A DNA stretch of 45,387 bases from NCBI GenBank assembly GCA_012510855.1, contig JAAZHE010000201.1:1-45387 (forward strand), read 5' to 3'. The position numbers and the translations under genes were made by a program. The notes below the pieces were generated by a model that worked only from the letters and a program-made list of their open reading frames with translations, had not been told where the DNA came from and made no database searches. The stretch comes from Bacillota bacterium. Its GTDB lineage: Bacteria > Bacillota > Limnochordia > DTU087. Of this stretch, positions 27,152-35,548 are shown piece by piece (the stretch's first letter is position 1; every line of letters begins with the position of its first letter).

Positions 27152-28300
27152 TTACCATTCGGCAACAGTGCCGTCTTCCCGCCGCCATACAGGATTTCTC
27201 CAGTTATGGCCAATCCGGGCAGCAGCTCTCACCTTTTCCTCATCCACCTCGATACCTAGGCCGGGCGCCTCCGGGATAGCTGCAAAGCCGTTATCATATT
27301 GAAAGACTGATGGGTCCTTTAGATAGTCCAAAAGATCATTCCCCTGATTGTAATGAATCCCGAGGCTCTGTTCTTGAATTACGGCGTTGAGAGAGCAGGC
27401 ATCAACCTGCAGGCATGCCGCCAATGCTATGGGACCAAGGGGACAGTGGGGGGCAAGGGCAACATCATATGCCTCTGCCATAGCTGCGATCTTTCTCACC
27501 TCAAGAATTCCTCCAGCATGGGAGAAATCAGGTTGAATAATATCTACATAGCCAAGGGCCAATAGATGCTTAAAACCCCAGCGGGTGTACATCCGCTCCC
27601 CCGTGGCGATGGGTATGGTTGTTGCTTGCGCAATCTCCCGCAGAGCCTCGTTATTCTCCGGCAAAACAGGTTCTTCAATAAACATGGGATGGAGTGGTTC
27701 GAGCTCTTTAGCCAGAATCTTGGCCATAGCCTTGGTCACTCGGCCGTGAAAATCAATTCCAATTCCAAACCCGGGGCCGCCAACCTCCCTTACAGCGGCA
27801 ACCCGCTTCACAACTGCATCTACCTTCTCAAAGGAATCGATGTAATGCATTTCCTCAGTTGCGTTCATCTTTACTGCGGTAAATCCAGCTTGAATCTGTT
27901 CCTCAGCAGCTTGAGCTACGTCCCGGGGGCGATCACCTCCGATCCAGCTGTAAACCCGGATCCTGTCCCGGGCCTTGCCGCCTAGAAGCTCATAGACAGG
28001 AGCACCATAGTACTTGCCCTTGATGTCCCACAATGCCTGCTCTATACCCGAGATAGCGCTGGTTAGGATCGGGCCTCCCCGGTAAAACCCTCCCCGATAC
28101 ATCACCTGCCAATGATCCTCAATCCGCAAGGGATCTTTGCCGATGAGGTATTCCGAAAGCTCTTCCACAGCTGCTTTCACCGTATCTGCCCGGCCTTCTA
28201 CAACTGGCTCACCCCAGCCGTCTAGACCTTCATCGGTCTCAACTTTAAGAAAGAGCCAGCGGGGCGGCACTTTAAAAAGCTCCATCTTGGTGATTTTCAC
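27152..28300 (-). CDS. dgoD: D-galactonate dehydratase (enolase superfamily)
   Basis: (V)[40 protein letters not shown]...[35 protein letters not shown] tracks E. coli DgoD almost residue for residue, from memory. GTG at 28300 is the preferred start. Confidence 0.9.
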   Translation of the reverse strand: MKITKMELFKVPPRWLFLKVETDEGLDGWGEPVVEGRADTVKAAVEELSEYLIGKDPLRIEDHWQVMYRGGFYRGGPILTSAISGIEQALWDIKGKYYGAPVYELLGGKARDRIRVYSWIGGDRPRDVAQAAEEQIQAGFTAVKMNATEEMHYIDSFEKVDAVVKRVAAVREVGGPGFGIGIDFHGRVTKAMAKILAKELEPLHPMFIEEPVLPENNEALREIAQATTIPIATGERMYTRWGFKHLLALGYVDIIQPDFSHAGGILEVRKIAAMAEAYDVALAPHCPLGPIALAACLQVDACSLNAVIQEQSLGIHYNQGNDLLDYLKDPSVFQYDNGFAAIPEAPGLGIEVDEEKVRAAARIGHNWRNPVWRREDGTVAEW

Positions 28301-28508
28301 ATCTTTCAACTCCCTTCCAGCCAGGATGCCGATTTCCATTGGTTCGCTAACTTGACTTACCGACTATTTTTGCATCCACCATTCTTTTCGTTGATCTACA
28401 TTGAATACCTTCAGAGGATATTTCTCTGTCCAGAATCTAGGAGCACAGACACTGGGCGACTACGGTATGCGAGGAGTATCCACACCGCGGGGCATTGTGA
28501 CCCCAGGC

Positions 28509-29600
28509 CTATGGAACCAAAACCACCTTAACTGACTCGGTACCTTCCTCGGCCATAGCAAAGGCTTCCTCCCACTGCTCAAGGGAAAAGCTGTGGGTGA
28601 TGATGGGTTCCCCCTTAACCAAGCCTTTGACCAAGAAATCTATGGCTAACGGATATGTATAGGGGCTGAGATGGGCACCATAGATATCCAATTCTTTTCT
28701 ATCACCAATTATGCTCCAATCCACAGTTGTAGGTTCAGTAAATACACTGAACTCAACGTAAGTTCCCAGTTTACGGATCATCTGCAGTCCCTGGATAACG
28801 CCTTCTGGTTCCCCTGTAGCATTAATGTAAACATCGCACCCGTAACCGTCCGTAATATCCAGCACCCGCTGTACTACATCGTCCTCTAAGGGGTTAAGTA
28901 CAATGTCTGCTCCCAATTCTTTGCCTAGTCTTAGCCTCTTTTCCCGCAGATCAAGGCCGATAATCAACCTGGGGTTCTTCAGCCTAATAAGCTGCAGTTT
29001 CAACAACCCAAGGGGACCGAGGCCGCCAAGGACCACAACATCGCCAAATTTGATTTGCGCTCTTTCTACCGTATGGACTGCGCACGCCAGCGGCTCGATA
29101 ATCGCCGGGGTATACCCACTTATAGACTCGGGCACTTTATGGATGATATCCCTCTTTGACAGCCGAACGTACTCAGCCATACCTCCATCGGCGACTCCTC
29201 GTTGAAAGCCGTGGATGTCGTGAACTTGGCACATCCAGTATTTTCCGCTGCGGCAGAATCTGCATTCCCAACAAGGCACGATCTGTTCCACTGTGACCGT
29301 GTCACCCACATCTACGCCGTGGTGTTCTTTGGCACCCTGACCAAGGGCGACAACTGTACCAAAAAACTCGTGGCCAGGCACAACCGGCGGCTTGACATAA
29401 GGCGGTTGGATTTCATCTCCCCAGAACATTGATGCTCCTGTCCTGCACTTGATGTCACCGGCACAAATGCCGCATGCTGTTACCTTGATCAAGACATCGC
29501 CATCTCTTAGTTCTGGAACAGGTATTTCCTCTAATCTGTAATCCCGGGGTCCGCGACAGACGACTGCCTTCATTTTCTCAGGGATACTCACCATCCACAT
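28509..29600 (-). CDS. Zn-dependent polyol/alcohol dehydrogenase (MDR family)
   Basis: CGICAGDIKC, VPGHEFFG, and the structural-Zn cluster CWECRFCRSGKYWMC. AAGGAG lies 6 nt upstream of the ATG at 29600. Confidence 0.8.
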   Translation of the reverse strand: MWMVSIPEKMKAVVCRGPRDYRLEEIPVPELRDGDVLIKVTACGICAGDIKCRTGASMFWGDEIQPPYVKPPVVPGHEFFGTVVALGQGAKEHHGVDVGDTVTVEQIVPCWECRFCRSGKYWMCQVHDIHGFQRGVADGGMAEYVRLSKRDIIHKVPESISGYTPAIIEPLACAVHTVERAQIKFGDVVVLGGLGPLGLLKLQLIRLKNPRLIIGLDLREKRLRLGKELGADIVLNPLEDDVVQRVLDITDGYGCDVYINATGEPEGVIQGLQMIRKLGTYVEFSVFTEPTTVDWSIIGDRKELDIYGAHLSPYTYPLAIDFLVKGLVKGEPIITHSFSLEQWEEAFAMAEEGTESVKVVLVP

Positions 29601-29755
29601 CCTCAGCTCCTTGCAGAGTAGAATAGTAGTGTTGACATACCCTTTCGATAACTCCAACGAGATACCTTTAAATGCGGGCTGTCCATGGCAAACCTAGGGA
29701 CAACGTTGACTTGCCGGGAAGTCTAGACTCGCTCTAACCGTTTCGTTACCGCCCG

Positions 29756-30256
29756 TTATACATTGGTCTCAAGCGTCTTATCTACTAAATACTTGAAATA
29801 TACCAGCTCTGGATCACCTGGGTCCAAATTGTCTATATACCCGCTCAGCCTGTAGCCCATCCCTTCTAGAAGAAGCTGCATTGGCTTGTTGGAGAGGTTG
29901 GTGGAGGTGAACAGTTTTGGTGTTTGACAGCAGGCTTCCGCGTGTTCAACTAATGAACGCCCAATCCCTAACCGGCGGTAATCTTGATCTACATAGATCA
30001 GCTCTATCATCCCGTTTTCGTAGAAGCTATAAGAAATAACCCCGTACCCAACCACCTTGCCATCACACTCTGCAACAAAGGCCTTGCGAGACCTTATGGC
30101 CTCGGCTATGTAAGCTACCCGCTTATGATCCTGGCGGGCAACATGATCCAGAGCAACGATGGCATCCATGTCTTGAGGCTTTGCTTCCCTAATTTGAGTC
30201 TTCACGACACGACGTACCTCCGCTTCTTTGAATATCTCCAGCTCCTTATTTGACAC
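29756..30256 (-). CDS. GNAT-family N-acetyltransferase
   Basis: A 166-aa ORF with the acetyl-CoA loop YRRLGIGRSLV. No convincing SD precedes the GTG at 30256, so the start is uncertain. Confidence 0.7.
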   Translation of the reverse strand: MSNKELEIFKEAEVRRVVKTQIREAKPQDMDAIVALDHVARQDHKRVAYIAEAIRSRKAFVAECDGKVVGYGVISYSFYENGMIELIYVDQDYRRLGIGRSLVEHAEACCQTPKLFTSTNLSNKPMQLLLEGMGYRLSGYIDNLDPGDPELVYFKYLVDKTLETNV

Positions 30257-30375
30257 AAGAAGCAGGATGAACCGTGTCCCAGCTATCTTGCGACAGATTC
30301 ATCCTGCCTTAACGCCTGTTTTAATGCCCATGAGATCTTTGGCCCAAAGTCTTGGACTGGCAAAGGCAATCTCCT

Positions 30376-31374
30376 TTAGCGTCGATGGCCGGCCATGGTA
30401 GCTGCCATAAGGATTGCATCCACCATGCTCTGTTCATTGGCTTTGCCGGTGCCGGCAATATCAAAGGCGGTGCCATGGTCCACCGATGTGCGGATGATGG
30501 GCAGTCCCAAGGTAACGTTGACTCCCGCAACACTTCTAAAGCTGCCGGTTGTGGGATCGACGGTAAAACCCAGGAGTTTGACTGGAATATGCCCTTGGTC
30601 GTGGTACATGGCAACCACACCGTCATAGTGACCAGCCAGCATTTTCACAAAGACTGTATCGGGAGGGATTGGACCCTCCACGTGGTAACCCCTCTTCACT
30701 GCGGACGCAATAGCTGGTGTGATGGTCTCGATCTCCTGTCGACCAAAAAGACCCCCCTCCCCAGAATGGGGGTTGAGGGCGGCTACCGCGATTTTCGGCC
30801 AGTTGATCCCAAGGTCCAACAAAGCCTGGTGAAAAAGACCAATAACTTCAGTAACCCGCGATTGTGTGATGCGGCTAGGTACATCCTCGAGGGCAATATG
30901 GGTGGTCACATGGGCAACCCGCATCTGCCCACAAACCAGCATCATGCTGACTGATTCTGTCGCGGTAAGAGCAGCCAGGATCTCCGTGTGGCCGCTGAAG
31001 TGGTAGCCAGACAGATTAATTGCTTCTTTATGGATAGGGGCCGTAGTAACAGCATCTACATCTCCCGCCAGGGCCAGGGAAACGGCTTTTTTAATGTAGG
31101 CAAAGGCGGCCGTTCCCGCGACAGCGGAGATTGTGCCAAAGCAGTTGAGTTCTAGAGCTAGAGGGATATCCGGTTCTATGACTGGGCAAGAAATCTCCCC
31201 TCCCACGATTTCCGCCGCCTGCTCTAGTATATCCTTAGTCCCAATGACTATAGGCTGACACGCCCTCTTCACCTCGGCATGGGCAACGGCCTTTACTACG
31301 ATCTCTGGACCGATTCCGTACGGGTCTCCCATGGTAATTGCTATTTTGGGCAATGAGGGTGAAGCTGCATTCAT
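30376..31374 (-). CDS. PdxA-family NAD(P)-dependent dehydrogenase (canonical-motif paralogue; PdxA2-like)
   Basis: MGDPYGIGPEIV, FSGHTEIL, ALNPHSGEGGLFG, MYHDQGHIPVK, HGTAFDIAGTGKA. GGAGGA lies 9 nt upstream of the ATG at 31374. Confidence 0.85.
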   Translation of the reverse strand: MNAASPSLPKIAITMGDPYGIGPEIVVKAVAHAEVKRACQPIVIGTKDILEQAAEIVGGEISCPVIEPDIPLALELNCFGTISAVAGTAAFAYIKKAVSLALAGDVDAVTTAPIHKEAINLSGYHFSGHTEILAALTATESVSMMLVCGQMRVAHVTTHIALEDVPSRITQSRVTEVIGLFHQALLDLGINWPKIAVAALNPHSGEGGLFGRQEIETITPAIASAVKRGYHVEGPIPPDTVFVKMLAGHYDGVVAMYHDQGHIPVKLLGFTVDPTTGSFRSVAGVNVTLGLPIIRTSVDHGTAFDIAGTGKANEQSMVDAILMAATMAGHRR

Positions 31375-31468
31375 TTCACGCTGTCCTCCATCTTTAGTCT
31401 CACAGTCAAAGCTACTGCCCGGGGTTGCCATTTATTACAAGGATCTTCCAAGGCATCGGTAACGAGCT

Positions 31469-32758
31469 CTAGAGCATAAACAGCTCATCTATCTGAACTG
31501 GCTGACCAGTCCGTATGGACTTATTGGCCGCAATGCCGATAGCGATGCTCAATGCTCCATCTATGTGGGAAGCCGCGCGCTTGAAGGGATCCTCCTGCGG
31601 TTCACCAAAGAGATCCCTCAACAAAGCAGGATCTCCTCCTCCGTGACCGCCTTGGGCTTCCTCCACCGGCACCCTGTAAGGCTCAGCAAACATTGGGAAG
31701 ACCACGATCTCTTTGCTCTCTACTGCCCCTTCAGCGGCAGTGCCGGCCCGTCCGCTCACATAGCTTCTTTCACACACATGAACCTCAAGCCGTCCCTTAG
31801 TCCCGTTAAAGGCCACTCTATATCCTTCCCAAGGTAGATATGCATTAAGTGAATAAGTAAGAATGGCTTTGGTGTTATATCTCACCATTACTGCCATTGT
31901 ATCCTCGATACTGATCCCATCGCCAAAGACGCTCTGATCCCTCAGGTATCCGTCATACTCCTCGTTTTCTAAATACATCTTTTCCAAGTTCGGATTTGCC
32001 CGTAGGTCTAGAGCAAAAGGATCATTTTCTGCTGCTTTGCTTCCTGTACCTCGGTAATAGAACTGGCGCATTCCCCGCCGTTCCGCGTTTTCTCTACCAT
32101 AGAACAACAGGTCTCCCATGGCAAACACAGTCTTTGGCCTTGCTCCCAGCCAGAAGTTGACCAAGTCAAAATGATGGGTGGACTTATGGACCAAAAGGCC
32201 ACCACTATTGCGCTTATCTCTATGCCACCGGCGGAAATAATCGGCCCCATGCTGCGTATCCAGCAACCATTCAAAGTGAACAGAAGTCACATCACCGATT
32301 ACCCCGTCCCGGATGAGTTCTCTTATCTTGGTATTATATGGAGCATAGCGATAATTGAAGGTTACCCGCAGACTCCGTCCAGTCCTTTTTACAGTATCGA
32401 GGATGGATTGACACTTCTCTTCATCAATAGTCAAGGGCTTTTCAGTGATAACATCACAGCCCAGCTCCATTGCTTTATTAATGTAAATGTGATGGGTGCG
32501 GTCAATGGAAGTGACGATGACAACATCCGGCTTTGTCTCTTTGACCATGGTTTCGAAATCCCACGCCAAATACGTTGGGACAGGGTCAGCACCTAGCTCG
32601 TTTACTAGGACACTGTTGGCATAATCCATCCTGCCTTGATTTATATCACAGAAAGCCACAATTTCGGCATTGTCCGCGTATGTAGATGCCAACGCCTGAT
32701 AAAAGAATCTCGCCCTACTTCCTATACCTATCATTGCATATCGTTTCTTACGGCTCAA
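31469..32758 (-). CDS. Gfo/Idh/MocA-family oxidoreductase
   Basis: The Rossmann N-terminus is KKRYAMIGIGSRA, with ITEKPLT and a long C-terminal domain. AAGGGGGAG lies 7 nt upstream of the TTG at 32758. Confidence 0.8.
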   Translation of the reverse strand: MSRKKRYAMIGIGSRARFFYQALASTYADNAEIVAFCDINQGRMDYANSVLVNELGADPVPTYLAWDFETMVKETKPDVVIVTSIDRTHHIYINKAMELGCDVITEKPLTIDEEKCQSILDTVKRTGRSLRVTFNYRYAPYNTKIRELIRDGVIGDVTSVHFEWLLDTQHGADYFRRWHRDKRNSGGLLVHKSTHHFDLVNFWLGARPKTVFAMGDLLFYGRENAERRGMRQFYYRGTGSKAAENDPFALDLRANPNLEKMYLENEEYDGYLRDQSVFGDGISIEDTMAVMVRYNTKAILTYSLNAYLPWEGYRVAFNGTKGRLEVHVCERSYVSGRAGTAAEGAVESKEIVVFPMFAEPYRVPVEEAQGGHGGGDPALLRDLFGEPQEDPFKRAASHIDGALSIAIGIAANKSIRTGQPVQIDELFML

Positions 32759-32895
32759 TGCTGTACTCCCCCTTCGCATAGTAGTCTTTATGTAGGCGAT
32801 CACACTGGTAACCGCAGATTCTGCATTCCAATCTTAGTTGTGTGAGTATCAGTAAGCCCTACGCTACTCACCTGTCATGTGAATGGTGTCCACCC

Positions 32896-33960
32896 TCACA
32901 TCAACCATTTGACCAGCCACGGTATACCCTTAGTCCCATTCCACTGATGCTCTCCGTCAAAGATGTGATGGTACAATCTGTCCTCAGCATCGAAAAGCCG
33001 GTAAGCTTTGCGGGTAATGTCAACCTGTTCAGTGACATTAGCCACCCCGCTTTCACCGTTTAGCGGGTCTCGATTCCCCGTTTCAATTAGGAGCGGGCGG
33101 GGAGCAATAAGGGCAGCAATGTCACCCATATCGGCTAGTTTCCAGAGATTGGGAACGTAATTGCACGAGCAATTGGTGTTCAGTTTCAGTAGCGCATCTC
33201 TATATCCGTAAAAATATCCACTGATTACGGCACACTTAACCCGTTCATCCAGGGCACTCAACCACATAGTCTGTAGACCGCCGCCGGATAGGCCGGCACA
33301 TCCGATCCTTTCTGGGTCGCATTCATCCCGATACTCCTCTATGTAGTCAATGAGCCTCATCAAATCCCAAGTCCACATACCGGTCACAGTTTGGCCTAAG
33401 GGGATAGCCATATTGTTCAGTACCCGACAGGAACCATGCATGAACTCCTGAGGTTTGCCCTGATGGGCTTTTTCTCGCCTTTGACCAAAACCCCGGGCGT
33501 CGGGACAAAACACAACAAACCCTTCTTTGACCAATTGAACGCCATAATCACCATTGGCATCGATATCCACAATGTCCCTTCTTCCTGCAGTGGTCAACTT
33601 CCCACCAGTACCGTGCCCATGGGGTGCAATGACGCAGGCTCGGGCGGGATTGATCTTCTTAGGGACGAGAACGTACATAGTCATGAAAATCCCTGGTTCC
33701 GTTTGAATAAGCACTTCTTCTCTGGTGTAAGTTCCCATATCGGTTACATCTAGAGTTTTCGGCTGCAGCAGAGCAGGTACCATGGTATCTATCCCAGTAA
33801 CGTTTCTCAGGGCCTCTCGGAGTTCACTAGCCCAAATAGCGTATTCCTCTCTGGTAGATGCCGAAAACCCTAACTGCCGTGAAAACTGATTCCAGCGCCT
33901 CACGAAATACTCTTCACAGGTATAGAAAGTATCGTATTCGAAGTTCACTTTCCTGTCCAT
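32896..33960 (-). CDS. alpha/beta hydrolase (acetyl-esterase / dienelactone-hydrolase-like, Abhydrolase_7-type)
   Basis: IAPHGHG, the nucleophile elbow GCAGLSGGG, and a late DGEHQ. There is no signal peptide. ATG at 33960. Confidence 0.65.
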   Translation of the reverse strand: MDRKVNFEYDTFYTCEEYFVRRWNQFSRQLGFSASTREEYAIWASELREALRNVTGIDTMVPALLQPKTLDVTDMGTYTREEVLIQTEPGIFMTMYVLVPKKINPARACVIAPHGHGTGGKLTTAGRRDIVDIDANGDYGVQLVKEGFVVFCPDARGFGQRREKAHQGKPQEFMHGSCRVLNNMAIPLGQTVTGMWTWDLMRLIDYIEEYRDECDPERIGCAGLSGGGLQTMWLSALDERVKCAVISGYFYGYRDALLKLNTNCSCNYVPNLWKLADMGDIAALIAPRPLLIETGNRDPLNGESGVANVTEQVDITRKAYRLFDAEDRLYHHIFDGEHQWNGTKGIPWLVKWLM

Positions 33961-34127
33961 GTTACCACCTCTTTCTAAATACCTGGCAAGAAAACGACCA
34001 ACACTCCGGTCTAGACTGCTGCATCCACAAATCCTCAATGACCCTGCCGGAGCTCCTGTAAATCAAGTTATCTCAATCCTGCACAAGGAACTAAAGACTA
34101 CAGCTGGGATTGAACCTTAAAAGCCAG

Positions 34128-35255
34128 TCAAAGCCAGCCGGTTAGCTGCGCAAGTAGACGAGTATACTCCACGAAATTAGGCCAGGATATATCCGGTGGA
34201 ACACCGTGATCACAGCCTGGAATAAAGCCTCCTTCTTCCAGTAGGGGCGGAACCACCCGCATAAGCTCTTGTTCCATTACTTTCCCACCTGCAGCAAGGG
34301 CCCGTTTGTCGAGTCCGCCAATATAAGCCATCTTCCTTCCATAGAGTCTGCGGTATTCCACAATATCATTGCCCGCTGCTACTTCCACGGGAAAACAGCA
34401 GTTAAATCCTACATCGATTCATATCGGAATTAGCTCAGCGATATAACCGTCTGAATCAACTGCTATGACGGAACACCTCGCTTGTTTCAGCTGGCTAATC
34501 CAACGCTCGTAAGCTGGCACTAAGAATTCTCTCGTCATTTGTGGGGAAATCATGCTGTGGCCTTTGTATGCCATATCTTCCTGTATCAAGACATAATCAA
34601 GTCGGACTTTTTCAAGGATGGGTTTCATGGTCTCAGATACAAAGTCAGTCCAAAACTCAATCATCTCATGAACAAACTCAGGATCGGTGATCATGAATAT
34701 GCAGAGACTTTCAAGGCCCAACCACTCCCGCAGTTGCCAGAATGGACCGTTAACGGCCAAATGCACAACCTCACCGTTTTTTCCAAGGGACTGGCAGAAG
34801 TCATCAAAATTATCGGGATAGCGCCCTGGCGATTTAGGATCATAACGTCTCTTCATTTCGTCCCAATCGGCCCTAGTCTCCACGGGAAACTTGTGCCACT
34901 TGCGGGTCACAAAGTCTTTGGCTACCCTAAGATATGTATAATCGTATTCATCAGATATCTCTGTTATAGCTCCCATCCAGTCTTGGACAATATAGTGACC
35001 GTCTTTGTGTTCGAGGATTTTCTCCTCAAACTCCCGTATCATTTTGAAGGACACCCCTGGACTTACCATTTGCCCTGAAGCACTGGAATCGATACCCAAG
35101 ATATCCAGCAAAAACTCGAAGTAATCCACCCCTTCGGGCAGTCCCTGCTCGTGCCAGGTCCTGAGTGTTGATTCACGGGGTGAACCTGGCTGTAAAGGTA
35201 TCCTGTCTGGGTTCCCGAACAATAGAGTCTCCAAATACCTCTCCCTATGAGTCAC
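34128..35255 (-). pseudogene. uroporphyrinogen-decarboxylase (URO-D)-like family protein interrupted by an in-frame TGA
   Basis: ...SVIAVDSDGYIAELIPI, then a TGA (34421-34419), then IDVGFNCCFPVEVAAGNDIVEYRRLYG...GCDHGVPPDISW in the same frame. The start is GTG 35255 or TTG 35264. Confidence 0.6.
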
Positions 35256-35548
35256 AAGAGACAACTCCCCCTGTATCCAGACTCGTGCTCAATCAAGTAC
35301 TTCCTAGACTCATCGCAGACAGGTTAACCCCATTGACTAGGTCAACCCAGCTATTGCGCTTCTTGTTTCTGCCTCACACTTGTTGCATGGTAAATCTCCT
35401 ATTACCAACTATTGTCATCTTACTGGCTTTTTGCCGATATATATTTGGATATTATCATTATTTTGTCGGCGCATTCGCCATTCCTGCCTTTTCCTAATAT
35501 CATCAATGGACCTCAGGATTCAGACAAAGCAGGCCCTCCCCGGTTCCT

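Noticed and set aside
34419-34421. Genome-wide reassignment of TGA (to Trp or Gly) as the explanation for the in-frame TGA.
   Set aside because: TGA ends at least seven well-supported genes at family-typical lengths: GH172, the AraM-like gene, the amidohydrolase, the alpha/beta hydrolase, the C-terminus of the URO-D-like gene, the GHL6-type gene and the GatZ-like gene.
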